Below are positions 19,338-30,113 of a stretch of 64,000 nucleotides of DNA, in pieces (position 1 is the stretch's first letter; every line of letters starts with the position of its first letter). The position numbers and the translations under genes were made by a program. Under the pieces are notes generated by a model. That model saw only the letters and a list, made by a program, of their open reading frames with translations, had not been told where the DNA came from and did not search any database. Source of the DNA: an uncultured Muribaculaceae bacterium (GTDB lineage Bacteria; Bacillota_I; Bacilli_A; RF39; UBA660); NCBI GenBank assembly GCA_964600615.1, contig CAZRJK010000004.1, positions 15,259-79,258 of the forward strand, given 5' to 3'.

Positions 19338-20063
19338 CTACTTATTTAATTCATACATAATAATAGAAGCTGCTACAGAAGCATTTAAACTCTCACATCT
19401 ATCATTAATATCTAAATATATAAACTTATCACATAACTCCTTAACACTATTACTAATACCATTACCCTCATTCCCAATAACAAAAGCAAATTTATTAATA
19501 TTATCTATAGACTTAATATTAACACCATCATTAACATCAGTACCCAATACTAGATAATCATTCTTTATTTCTTTAATAAAACTAACTAAATTCTTTCTAA
19601 TAATATTAATATTAAATAACATACCTTCACTAGCTCTTATTACCTTAGAATTATATAAATCAACACTATCATCACTAAGAACAATAGTATCAATATTAAA
19701 AGCTACAGCACTCCTAATTATAGATCCTAAATTACCAGGATCTTGAATATTATCAAGAATAATAACTCTCTTACCAATATTATTATCCTCTTTTATTTTA
19801 TTACAAACAGCAATAACCTTAGGATTAGAATTAGTACTAGATAACTTATTCATAACCATATCACTTACATACGTCTTTAAACCATCATAAAGAATATCAT
19901 ATCCCTCACTAAGAATAATTTCTTTAACACAACCACTCTTTATAGCTTCCTCTACCAAATGAAAAGTCTCTACTAAAAACAAATTATTCTTATCACGATA
20001 TTTCTTTTCTCTTAACTTATAAATATCTTTAATATGACTATTATTAACAGATGTAATAACCAT
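19338..20063 (-). CDS. TrmH/SpoU family RNA methyltransferase
   Basis: IQDPGNLGSIIRSA, GNEGNG, ESLNASVA. Confidence 0.92.
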   Translation of the reverse strand: MVITSVNNSHIKDIYKLREKKYRDKNNLFLVETFHLVEEAIKSGCVKEIILSEGYDILYDGLKTYVSDMVMNKLSSTNSNPKVIAVCNKIKEDNNIGKRVIILDNIQDPGNLGSIIRSAVAFNIDTIVLSDDSVDLYNSKVIRASEGMLFNINIIRKNLVSFIKEIKNDYLVLGTDVNDGVNIKSIDNINKFAFVIGNEGNGISNSVKELCDKFIYLDINDRCESLNASVAASIIMYELNK

Positions 20064-20072
20064 AACACACCT

Positions 20073-20699
20073 CTAATCCCTCAATAATTTTCTAATTTCT
20101 TTATAATTAGGATAATACTTACTTACTTGTTTCCAAAAAGATTTAGAATGATTAGGATGAATAAAATGTGATAACTCATGTACTATAACATAATCTAAAC
20201 ATTCTATATCATATTTATATAAATAATAATTTAAAGTAACATTATGATTTTTAGTATTACATACACCCCATCTACTAGTCATCTTTCTAATCTTTAAATT
20301 AGGACTAGGTATACTCTCTTCATATCTATCATACCAATACTTTAAATGATTACTAAAAGTAGTACCAATATATTTATCTAACCACTTATTAAGTTTCTTC
20401 TCATCACTAACATAAATATTATCTTCATCAATATCTATTTCTTTACTACCATAAATAATATTATAATTCTTACCAAATAAATAAAACTTATCACTATTCT
20501 TTTTCTGCTTATTATATCTATCTATCATCTTACCTATACTAGCATAATTATCCCTAAGTAACTTTTCTATACTCCTATTACTACTAAAATAATTAGTAGT
20601 AACATATATACATCCATCCTTAACTCTAATATAAGTATTCTTATTATTCTTCTTAACAACTACTACCTCATAATCATTGCCATTATAATTAAATACCAT
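20073..20699 (-). CDS. YgjP/DUF45 family zinc metallopeptidase-like protein
   Basis: M.SRWG.C, YVIVHELSH, NHS..FW. Confidence 0.88.
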   Translation of the reverse strand: MVFNYNGNDYEVVVVKKNNKNTYIRVKDGCIYVTTNYFSSNRSIEKLLRDNYASIGKMIDRYNKQKKNSDKFYLFGKNYNIIYGSKEIDIDEDNIYVSDEKKLNKWLDKYIGTTFSNHLKYWYDRYEESIPSPNLKIRKMTSRWGVCNTKNHNVTLNYYLYKYDIECLDYVIVHELSHFIHPNHSKSFWKQVSKYYPNYKEIRKLLRD

Positions 20700-20700
20700 C

Positions 20701-21210
20701 TTACTTCTTATAAAAATTATAAGTATAAAACTTAAACCAATTAAAAATCTTATTATTTATACTCTTATCCTTATAATTATTATAATCCAAAACCTCCTCA
20801 TTATATATATCTATCGCATAATCAATTAATCCCTTATTATTATCATATTCCTCTTTTACTTCATTAAAACTCTTATCATTTTCTAATTTCTTATAAACAT
20901 TATCAAGACTTAAAGCAGTATCAATAATATCATCCTTAACAAGTAACATCCTAGCATTAATATCTATTTCCTTATCAATAGAACTCTTTAATTTATTTAA
21001 ATCTCTAATAATACCATCCTCATGTAATTTATTACTATTAATTATCTCAATAATAGAATCAATATAACTAACTCTATTACACAATAACTTATCAACTTCC
21101 TTAAACTTATCTAAAACTCTATCTCTATAAAAAATAAGTTTATTATATATACTTATAACCATAATCCCTAAAATCATAATAATACTAAATAAAATAATAA
21201 TAACTAACAC
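20701..21210 (-). CDS. LemA family protein
   Basis: N-terminal TM, YN.L, R...I, YN..V..YN. Confidence 0.7.
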   Translation of the reverse strand: MLVIIILFSIIMILGIMVISIYNKLIFYRDRVLDKFKEVDKLLCNRVSYIDSIIEIINSNKLHEDGIIRDLNKLKSSIDKEIDINARMLLVKDDIIDTALSLDNVYKKLENDKSFNEVKEEYDNNKGLIDYAIDIYNEEVLDYNNYKDKSINNKIFNWFKFYTYNFYKK

Positions 21211-21303
21211 AATATCACAACCCTTTCACTACTAATTATACAATATTTTTAACAAATTATAAAGCCCATTTCTAAATTAAAAAAATAAGCATATAAATTA
21301 ATT

Positions 21304-22593
21304 ATGAAAAACAAATTTATAAAATCCACTATAATCTTAATAATAGGTGGATTCATCACCAAAATATTAGGAATGGTAATAAAAATAAGTCTAACAAGAG
21401 CCATAAAAACAGAAGGAATAGGAACTTATTCCTTAATATTACCAACATTTAATTTATTTATTACCTTATGTTCCTTAGGATTACCCATAGCAATATCTAA
21501 ATTAGTAAGTGAAAACAAAATAAGAAGCAAAAAAATAGTCTTACCCACAATACCATTAATATTATTATTTAATCTATTATTAATATTTATATTAATTATA
21601 ATAGCCCCAATCTTAAGTAATAACCTATTACATAACCATAATACTTATCTACCTATCATATCCATAGGCCTAACCTTACCATTTATCTCAATATCATCAA
21701 TATTAAAAGGATATTTTTTTGGTAAAGAACAAATGCTATCAGTAACCCTATCTAACATAATAGAACAAATAGTAAGATTATTATTAACTATAATAATAAT
21801 ACCCAAACTAATGAATTATAACATAAAAATAGCTATAACAGGTGTAGTATCAATTAATATCATTAGTGAATTTTCATCAATATTATTATTACTAATATTC
21901 ATTCCCAAACATACCAAAATAAAAATACAAGACTTTAAATATAATAAAACCATAATAAAAGATTTATTAAATATCTCTATACCTACTACAGGATCAAGAT
22001 TAATAGGTTCCATATCTTACTTCTTAGAGCCAATAATATTAACCTACACCCTAACAAAAACAGGATATACCAATAACTATATAACCATAGAATATGGAAT
22101 AATAAATGGTTATATCTATCCCTTATTACTATTACCATCATTTTTTACCTTAGCTATATCTAATGCTCTATTACCAGTAGTATCAAATAGTTATAGCAAT
22201 AGAAATTATAACTATACCAAATACAAAATAAAACAAGCCATAAAATTATCCCTATTAATAGGAGTACCTTGTACTCTATTATTTATGACAATACCAGAAG
22301 TTTTCTTAAAATTAATCTATAACACCAACGAAGGAATAAACTATATAAAAATAATAGCCCCTTTCTTTCTTATATACTATATCCAAGGACCACTAACTAG
22401 TAGTATGCAAGCTATGAATAAAGCAAAAGAAGCCATGATAGGAACATTAATAGGCACTATCATAAAAACCATATTACTATTATTTTTATCATATTTAAAA
22501 ATAGGAATATGGTCATTATTAATAGCAAACATAACAAATATTATCTTTATAACAATTCATCATCTCTATTATGTATTCATAAAAAAAGAGTGA
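21304..22593 (+). CDS. spoVB: SpoVB/MurJ-like polysaccharide flippase
   Basis: EGIG.Y, GLP.AISKLVSE, EQIVR, P.TGSRLIGS; multi-TM. Confidence 0.75.
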   Translation: MKNKFIKSTIILIIGGFITKILGMVIKISLTRAIKTEGIGTYSLILPTFNLFITLCSLGLPIAISKLVSENKIRSKKIVLPTIPLILLFNLLLIFILIIIAPILSNNLLHNHNTYLPIISIGLTLPFISISSILKGYFFGKEQMLSVTLSNIIEQIVRLLLTIIIIPKLMNYNIKIAITGVVSINIISEFSSILLLLIFIPKHTKIKIQDFKYNKTIIKDLLNISIPTTGSRLIGSISYFLEPIILTYTLTKTGYTNNYITIEYGIINGYIYPLLLLPSFFTLAISNALLPVVSNSYSNRNYNYTKYKIKQAIKLSLLIGVPCTLLFMTIPEVFLKLIYNTNEGINYIKIIAPFFLIYYIQGPLTSSMQAMNKAKEAMIGTLIGTIIKTILLLFLSYLKIGIWSLLIANITNIIFITIHHLYYVFIKKE

Positions 22594-22607
22594 TTACTCA
22601 CTCAATA

Positions 22608-23003
22608 TTAACCCGCCAACATCTTTATATTTTTTTTTATTCTATTTGACTTATTACCATAAATAAAAATCTTATCATCAACAAAATCCAATCTATACTC
22701 ATGATCTTCATTTCTATTCTTTAAAATTAATAAATATCTTTGCTTATTATTATTACCATCTAACAAATATACAAACAAAGGCTCTTTATACTTATTAACA
22801 CAATTAAAACAAAGATAATCACCTGAATTTTCATTAAATAACTCTAATTTTTCCGGCATATCATCTATTTCATTTAAAACATTGCCTATTTCATTAAAGT
22901 CTTTGCCAAATAACCACTTCTTAACCTCTTGCTTAAATAATTCATTCTTACTGACAACCTCAATCCCGTCATAAGACAGATCAATTTCATCACATTCACT
23001 CAT
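22608..23003 (-). CDS. Hypothetical protein
   Basis: 131-aa ORF with AGGAG RBS. Confidence 0.65.
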   Translation of the reverse strand: MSECDEIDLSYDGIEVVSKNELFKQEVKKWLFGKDFNEIGNVLNEIDDMPEKLELFNENSGDYLCFNCVNKYKEPLFVYLLDGNNNKQRYLLILKNRNEDHEYRLDFVDDKIFIYGNKSNRIKKNIKMLAG

Positions 23004-23015
23004 AATTATTCTCCT

Positions 23016-23348
23016 TTATATTTTATCATCGACATATTTTTCAATAGTATATGAACTATTACTTAACATATCATTAAATTTATCCATTCTTCTCAAATAT
23101 TCCTGATAAACAGGTAAACTATTTAAAATTTCAACCTTTGAATCAATCTCTTTATCAATCTCTTTATATGAAATATCACCCTTATATTCCAAATCAACAG
23201 ATTGTTGCTGTAATTCTTTTATCTCATTAACTAATTTATTAATTTCTTCATCATTCTTTAAAGCACTCGTAATATTAATATATTCCTTATAACTAGAAGA
23301 ATTATAAATAGCATTAAATAATTCATCAATACTCTCTTTAATCATCAA
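23016..23348 (-). CDS. YlbF/YmcA (RicA-like) family regulator
   Basis: Helical Com_YlbF pattern (I..S..Y..Y, P...EYL); directly downstream of miaB as in Bacillus ymcB-ymcA. Confidence 0.75.
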   Translation of the reverse strand: MMIKESIDELFNAIYNSSSYKEYINITSALKNDEEINKLVNEIKELQQQSVDLEYKGDISYKEIDKEIDSKVEILNSLPVYQEYLRRMDKFNDMLSNSSYTIEKYVDDKI

Positions 23349-24759
23349 CTACAACACCATCCATACTCCATGTCTTTACATCATTAATATGTACTTTAAC
23401 AATCTTACCCAAATATTTCTTATCACAAGTCACATTAACTAATTTCATTGTATCAGTATACCCCATATACTTACCATTTTTATCTGATTCACCCTCAATT
23501 AAAACATAAACATCCTTATCAAGATATTTCTTATTATTCATAAGAGCATACTTATTAACAAGCTTATTTAACTTAGCAAGTCTCTTCTTTTTCTCATCTA
23601 AAGAAACATCATCTTTCATCTTAGATGCAGGAGTACCCTCTCTAGGAGAATAAATAAAAGTATAAGCTAAATCATATTTTAACTCATTAACTATATCTAT
23701 AGTATCCTGAAAATCTTTATCTGTTTCTCCAGGGAAACCAACAATAATATCAGTACTAATACTACAATTAGGAATATATTTTCTTATTCTATGAAACAAC
23801 TCAATATATTCTTCCTTAGTATATCTTCTATTCATTAGCTTTAATATTCTAGAAGAACCACTTTGAATAGGTAAATGAATATAAGGCATAATATTATCAT
23901 ATTTTGCTATAACCTTAATCATTTCTTCTGTAAAATCCCAAGGATGACTAGTTACAAATCTAATTCTAGGAATATTAGTCTTACTAACATCCTCTAACAA
24001 ATTAGCCATATTATAATTAATATCTAAATCCTTACCATAAGCATTAACATTCTGCCCTAATAAAGTTACTTCCTTATATCCAGCTTTAACTAAGTCTTTA
24101 ACCTCTGAAATAATATCTTCAGGTAATCTACTTCTCTGTTTTCCTCTTGTATAAGGAACAATACAATAAGTACAAAACTTATCACAGCCATACATAATAT
24201 TAACCCAAGCCTTATATTTAGAATCTCTTCTAACAGGAATACCCTCAATAATATCCCCCTCAATACTAAATACCTCTATCTCTTGCTTATTACTATTAAC
24301 ATAATTATCAATATAGATAGGTAACTTATGAATATTATGTGTACCCATAACAATATCAACCCATTTATATTTATTTCTTAATTCCTCACATATTCCTTCT
24401 TCCTGAGCCATACAGCCACAAAATATAGTAATAATATTAGGTTTCTTTTCTTTCAAATGCTTAATTCTACCTAACATACCCATAACCTTATTATGAGCAT
24501 TCTCTCTTATAGCACAAGTATTAAGAATAATAACAGAAGCCTCATCAATATTATCAACTCTATTATACATCAAATCTTCCATAATAGCACTAATATTCTC
24601 ACTATCATGAACATTCATCTGACATCCATAAGTCAAAATACAATAATTCTTATCCTTACCAATATCTTTAATAGAATTAGGAACCACATAATCATTTCTC
24701 TTAATAATAGATTTATCTTTAGTTCTAACTCTAGCACTATTTAAATTAGGCAAATTCAT
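23338..24759 (-). CDS. miaB: tRNA-2-methylthio-N6-dimethylallyladenosine synthase
   Basis: TYGCQMNVHDSE, NTCAIRENA, GCDKFCTYC, TRAM domain. Confidence 0.96.
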   Translation of the reverse strand: MNLPNLNSARVRTKDKSIIKRNDYVVPNSIKDIGKDKNYCILTYGCQMNVHDSENISAIMEDLMYNRVDNIDEASVIILNTCAIRENAHNKVMGMLGRIKHLKEKKPNIITIFCGCMAQEEGICEELRNKYKWVDIVMGTHNIHKLPIYIDNYVNSNKQEIEVFSIEGDIIEGIPVRRDSKYKAWVNIMYGCDKFCTYCIVPYTRGKQRSRLPEDIISEVKDLVKAGYKEVTLLGQNVNAYGKDLDINYNMANLLEDVSKTNIPRIRFVTSHPWDFTEEMIKVIAKYDNIMPYIHLPIQSGSSRILKLMNRRYTKEEYIELFHRIRKYIPNCSISTDIIVGFPGETDKDFQDTIDIVNELKYDLAYTFIYSPREGTPASKMKDDVSLDEKKKRLAKLNKLVNKYALMNNKKYLDKDVYVLIEGESDKNGKYMGYTDTMKLVNVTCDKKYLGKIVKVHINDVKTWSMDGVVVDD

Positions 24760-24770
24760 ACTACCACTTC

Positions 24771-26528
24771 CTAATATCTACTCCTTATTTTACTTAAACT
24801 CTTACAAACAGTCTCGATATTCTTATTCTCCTGTTTCTTTAAATTAAGTTCCTTAGCTAAGGCTCTTGTAACATTATACCACTCTTCAATAGAATCCGTA
24901 TCACTTTTTTTCAAAAATATAAAATTATTAATTAAATATTGATTATATAAAGCAGAATACTTCCATAAAGGATCTGTAGAAGAAGAATAACAATCTAATT
25001 CAAAGAAATTCTTAGGCTTACTAGATAACCTAATATCAAAGAAAGAATCTCTTAAATCACTAACCAAATCATCATATCTAATTAAAGATTTATTATTATT
25101 AACAACTTCATTAAAATTAACATATTCATCTTCTTTAAACAAACTATATTTATATAAATAAGGATATCCCCTATCTCTGAAATACTTAGAAATATTATAA
25201 TTCATATATCTCATAATAACAAATACCATATCTCTAGATATATCTCTATCACTAGTTAAACTATTATAATAATCATTATCTCTTAATGCCCTATCAACAT
25301 CAATACCATTATTATCTAAATTATTTAAAGCAAAAACAGTCAAATTCTTTAACATAACACTAGTATCATCAAAACCATCATTCTTAATTAACATATCACA
25401 AGTAGAATAATCATAATTATTAACAACCTTAGTATTAGTCCTACTAACCTTAAAAGTATTATCAATAATATTCATATTCTTATCTACCTTAACACTAAAA
25501 GTAACCGTATTACGATAACTATTTTTTAATAAAGAACACTTATTCAAAACCAAATCATTAGATAATATTGGTACTACCTTATCAAACACATAAATAGACT
25601 TATACCTTCTCCTAGCCTCTTTATTAATAATAGAATCATAATCTATTAAAGCCGGAACAAAACTAACATGAACATACAAAGTATAAGTATTATCCTTATT
25701 CTTTTTAAAAAATATAGCATCATCCATCTTTAACGTATTATTCTTATCAATTGTAATAGCACCCTGCCTCAAGTTAGGTATACCTTTATCTTTAACAATA
25801 ACTCCATTAATATCATACTTATAAGGAAAAGAAAAATTAACACCAAATCTAGATAGTAACACATCATCACTAACATAATTACCACTAATTATATTACATA
25901 AATCATCAGTATATTCTGAATGAATCTTTAATTCATCTAATATTGATAAATAATCATTTCTATTCTTAGAAAGCAAATTATTCCCCATTCTATCTAACAT
26001 CAATAAAGAAACCTTATAATAATATTTCTTAATCTCTCTATCTCTAATATTAAATTTATTAAGTAACTCTCTAAAAATACTATCATATTGCTCACTTACT
26101 AAAAAATTCTTATCAACACCCGTTAAAAAAGTCTTAATTCTTCTAATATTCTTATCTTCATAAATTAAATAATTCAAAAAACTATTCATATCTAACTTAT
26201 ATTCATCACTATTTTCATAATAAATATCATTAAGTAAATTATCAACTACCATAATAATCTCTTTATTATCAATATTATTCTTAAAATCCAATAAACCAAT
26301 AACAACAGTTTCTAATTTATCATTATCAAAACTATCTACATTATCTCTTAAGAACATTAAAATTTCTTTAACCTTATTAATATTTTTCTTATTATTACTA
26401 TTAACAAACCTAGTAATAGCAATAAAGAAATCATTAATAGTTTCATTAAATTCATAACTAAAACAATTCTTTAACTTATCATAATTTATCTTTTCCTTAA
26501 GTAACATCTTATTAATTTCATTATTCAT
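24771..26528 (-). CDS. Divergent RNB (RNase II/R) domain protein
   Basis: ITID.....DDA, LYVHVS, P.L...L....CSL, degenerate TSP.R motif (STDPLWK). Confidence 0.7.
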   Translation of the reverse strand: MNNEINKMLLKEKINYDKLKNCFSYEFNETINDFFIAITRFVNSNNKKNINKVKEILMFLRDNVDSFDNDKLETVVIGLLDFKNNIDNKEIIMVVDNLLNDIYYENSDEYKLDMNSFLNYLIYEDKNIRRIKTFLTGVDKNFLVSEQYDSIFRELLNKFNIRDREIKKYYYKVSLLMLDRMGNNLLSKNRNDYLSILDELKIHSEYTDDLCNIISGNYVSDDVLLSRFGVNFSFPYKYDINGVIVKDKGIPNLRQGAITIDKNNTLKMDDAIFFKKNKDNTYTLYVHVSFVPALIDYDSIINKEARRRYKSIYVFDKVVPILSNDLVLNKCSLLKNSYRNTVTFSVKVDKNMNIIDNTFKVSRTNTKVVNNYDYSTCDMLIKNDGFDDTSVMLKNLTVFALNNLDNNGIDVDRALRDNDYYNSLTSDRDISRDMVFVIMRYMNYNISKYFRDRGYPYLYKYSLFKEDEYVNFNEVVNNNKSLIRYDDLVSDLRDSFFDIRLSSKPKNFFELDCYSSSTDPLWKYSALYNQYLINNFIFLKKSDTDSIEEWYNVTRALAKELNLKKQENKNIETVCKSLSKIRSRY

Positions 26529-26535
26529 ACCAAAA

Positions 26536-28332
26536 CTATCTCTCTTCTATTTCATCAGTCTTTAAAACAGCTAAAAATGCTTCATTAGGAACATCTACAT
26601 GCCCTATCTGTTTCATTTTTTTCTTTCCCTCTTTTTGCTTTTCTAATAGTTTTCTCTTTCTCGTAACATCTCCACCATAACATTTAGCAAGAACATTCTT
26701 CCTCATTGCCTTAATATCTGCTCTAGCTATAACTTTACTACCAATACAAGCCTGAATAGGAACTTCAAACATCTGTCTAGGTATTAATTTTTTCAAATTA
26801 TCCACAACAACTCTACCTCTATTATAAGCAAAATCCCTATGAACAATTATTGATAAAGCATCAACAATTTCTCCATTAAGAAGAATATCCATCTTAACCA
26901 AATCAGACTCTCTATAACCAATAACATCATAATCCATTGATGCATAACCCTTAGTAGTAGACTTTAACTTATCAAAAAAATCATATACAATCTCAGATAA
27001 AGGCATCTCATAATGAACATTAACCCTCTTAGAATCAATATAATCCATTGAAACAAAAGTACCTCTCTTATTCTGACACAATTCCATAATACTACCAACA
27101 TATTCATTTGGAACAAAAATATTAGTACTAACATAAGGTTCTTTTATATATTTAATCTTAACCCTCTCAGGAAACTCTGAAGGATTATCAACAAGTATTA
27201 CTGTATCATCAGTTAAAGTAATCTCATATATAACAGAAGGAGAAGTAGTAACCAAATCAATACCAAATTCTCTTTCAATTCTAGTAGCAATAATATCCAT
27301 ATGAAGCAAACCTAAAAAACCAGTCCTAAATCCAAATCCCAAAGTAGCAGAAGTCTCCGTCTCAAAAGTTAAAGAGGCATCATTTACCTTTAATTTTTCT
27401 AAAGCCTCTCTCAAATTAGGATATTTCTTAGAATCAACAGGATATAAACCACAATATACCATAGGTTTCATAACCTTATATCCAGGTAACGCCTCATCAC
27501 AAGGATCATCATCTAAAGTAATAGTATCACCAACACTAACATCACTAATACTCTTAATGCTAGCACACACATATCCAACCTCTCCACAAGAAAGCTCCTT
27601 AACCTTAACAGTATTAGGAGTATGATAACCAAGCTCTGTAACTTCATAACTAGCATTAGTAGTAAACATCTTTATCCTACTATTATCCTTAATAGTACCA
27701 GACATAACCCTTACTAAAGCTACAACCCCCCTATAAGAATCAAAATAACTATCAAATATTAAACACTTTAATTTATCAGAACTATCACCAGTTGGACTAG
27801 GTATCCTATTAACAATAGCTTCCATTAACTCTGGAATTCCCTCACCCGTTTTAGCACTAGTAAATATTATCTCTTCTTCCTTAAAACCAAAAGTATCACA
27901 TAATTCACGAGCTCTAACACTAGGTTCAGCATTAGGTAAATCTATCTTATTAACAACTGGAATAATCTCTAAATCATTATCAAGAGCTAAATAAACATTA
28001 GCCAAAGTTTGAGCTTCTATACCCTGAGTAGCATCTACAACCAAAATAGCTCCCTCACAAGCAGCTAAAGACCTAGAAACCTCATAAGTAAAATCTACAT
28101 GTCCAGGAGTATCAATTAAATTAAGAACATAATCACGATAATTAATCCTAACAGCATTTAACTTAATAGTAATACCTCTTTCTCTCTCTAAATCCATACT
28201 ATCCAACATCTGTTCCTTAAGTTCTCTCTTGTCAACAGCATTAGTATACTCAAGTATCCTATCAGCTAAAGTACTCTTCCCATGATCAATATGAGCAATA
28301 ATACTAAAATTTCTAATCTTACTAATATCCAT
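26536..28332 (-). CDS. lepA: Elongation factor 4
   Basis: [45 protein letters not shown]. Confidence 0.98.
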   Translation of the reverse strand: MDISKIRNFSIIAHIDHGKSTLADRILEYTNAVDKRELKEQMLDSMDLERERGITIKLNAVRINYRDYVLNLIDTPGHVDFTYEVSRSLAACEGAILVVDATQGIEAQTLANVYLALDNDLEIIPVVNKIDLPNAEPSVRARELCDTFGFKEEEIIFTSAKTGEGIPELMEAIVNRIPSPTGDSSDKLKCLIFDSYFDSYRGVVALVRVMSGTIKDNSRIKMFTTNASYEVTELGYHTPNTVKVKELSCGEVGYVCASIKSISDVSVGDTITLDDDPCDEALPGYKVMKPMVYCGLYPVDSKKYPNLREALEKLKVNDASLTFETETSATLGFGFRTGFLGLLHMDIIATRIEREFGIDLVTTSPSVIYEITLTDDTVILVDNPSEFPERVKIKYIKEPYVSTNIFVPNEYVGSIMELCQNKRGTFVSMDYIDSKRVNVHYEMPLSEIVYDFFDKLKSTTKGYASMDYDVIGYRESDLVKMDILLNGEIVDALSIIVHRDFAYNRGRVVVDNLKKLIPRQMFEVPIQACIGSKVIARADIKAMRKNVLAKCYGGDVTRKRKLLEKQKEGKKKMKQIGHVDVPNEAFLAVLKTDEIEER

Positions 28333-28457
28333 AACATCAGCCCTTTAGAAAAATTATAACAAAACACCATAAAAAATACAATCTAATTAACAAAAGTTAC
28401 TAATAAAAAAGGGATTCCACTTATTTATTTAGAATAATAATATTAGAGGTGTAAATC

Positions 28458-29344
28458 ATGAACTATTATAACGAAATAAAAAATGAATTAATAAATAACG
28501 AAATTACTCAAAGAATAAAAGATTACAGCATGAATAAAACCAATTTAAATTCTTACTATAATGTAGGTAAATTATTAAATGAAGCTGGAAAACATTATGG
28601 TGAAAACATTATCGGTAACTATTCAAAAAAATTAACAATAGAAGTAAATAAAAAATATAATACAACAAATTTAAAAAGAATGAGACAATTTTACAATATG
28701 ATTGAAAAAGGTGCCCCAATGGGGCACCAATTGACATGGAGTCATTATAAAGAACTAATTCATTAAAAGATATTATTAAAATAAAATACTATATAGATAT
28801 CTGCCAAAAATATAATTTAACAAAAAGAGAATTAAGAGAAAAAATTAAAAATAAAGAATATGAAAGACTACCGGAAAACACTAAGAATAAATTAATTAAT
28901 AACAACAAAGATAATGATATAAAAGATTTAATAAAGAATCCCATATTAATTAAAAATAAATATGATTATGATAATATATCAGAAAAAATGTTACAAAAAT
29001 TAATATTAGAAAATATTCCCTCATTTTTAAAAGAACTAGGTACTGGATTCACCTTTATTGAAAATGAATATAAAATAATAGTTGATAATACTTATAATTA
29101 TATAGATTTATTATTATTTAATTATATTTATAATTGTTTTGTAGTTATAGAATTAAAAGTTACAGAACTAAAAAAAGAACACATAGGTCAAATACACATA
29201 TATATGAATTACATAGATAACAAATTAAAACACGCTAATATGAATAATACTATTGGTATTATCATCGTTAGAAAAAATAACAAATACATATTAGAATATT
29301 GTTCTGATAAAAGAATACTATTTAAGGAATATTTATTAATATAA
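28458..29344 (+). pseudogene. Frameshifted YhcG/DUF1016 PD-(D/E)XK nuclease
   Basis: N-half ends LTWSHYKELI; continuation SLKD...RELREKIKNKEYERL is open from 28760 in the frame of the 28988 ORF (FLKELG.GF, IDLL, IELK, GQ...Y); 1-nt loss near 28758. Confidence 0.85.
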
Positions 29345-29353
29345 AAAGAATTC

Positions 29354-29917
29354 TTATACAAACATATAAGAATTCTTTCTTCCTTTATTATTAATATTTT
29401 TATTATCAAATTTAGTAACTAATACAACTTTATTAGTATCTAAACTCTTCTTAACATCGATTAATCTTTGGTTTTTAGAACCTCTAAAAATACAATCAAA
29501 ACTCTTCTCATCTAAAATAAATTTACCATCTACTAAAACATCTATATAATTTAGAAATTCCAATATACTCTTTTTCTTCTTACCCAGTTTTAACAACTCT
29601 TCAAAAGTAAAACCAGTATAACACCAAATATTATAACCAATATTTTTGGAATATTTAGCAAGCTCCAAACAAGCCTCTGGTTGCATCATAGGATCTCCTC
29701 CAGAAAACGTAATACCCTGTTGACCTCTTAATTTAGATATTTGTTCCTTAACTTCATCAATAGATAATAAATATCCATCAGTAAAAGAATGAGTTTCTGG
29801 ATTATGACATCCTTTACAATTATGAGAACAACCTTGTGTCCAAATAACAGCCCTTATTCCCTCACCATCAACAATACTATCACCTTGGATCTTAGGAGAC
29901 GCTAATCTAATTTCCAT
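29354..29917 (-). CDS. nrdG: Anaerobic ribonucleotide reductase activating protein
   Basis: DSIVDGEG.R, QGCSHNCKGCHNP, SGGDP, DG.F, RGS.NQR. Confidence 0.95.
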   Translation of the reverse strand: MEIRLASPKIQGDSIVDGEGIRAVIWTQGCSHNCKGCHNPETHSFTDGYLLSIDEVKEQISKLRGQQGITFSGGDPMMQPEACLELAKYSKNIGYNIWCYTGFTFEELLKLGKKKKSILEFLNYIDVLVDGKFILDEKSFDCIFRGSKNQRLIDVKKSLDTNKVVLVTKFDNKNINNKGRKNSYMFV

Positions 29918-29919
29918 AA

Positions 29920-30093
29920 TTATTTTTTATCTATAATACCTTCAAGACCGTGTTTAACTCTATCATGTTCTTCTGCTCTTTTACCATTATTAAATCTATC
30001 TACAGTACCTACTAAATATCCCGTAATTCTTCTAATTCTTTCAAATCCAACACCCTCTCCTACAGTTCTTACTTCTTTTTCTTCGTTTTTCAT
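29920..30093 (-). CDS. Stand-alone NrdD C-terminal glycyl-radical peptide (57 aa)
   Basis: FERIRRITGYL...RVKH; own RBS AAGGAG before ATG at 30093. Confidence 0.85.
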   Translation of the reverse strand: MKNEEKEVRTVGEGVGFERIRRITGYLVGTVDRFNNGKRAEEHDRVKHGLEGIIDKK

Positions 30094-30113
30094 ATTAATC
30101 TCCTTCTTTCTTT

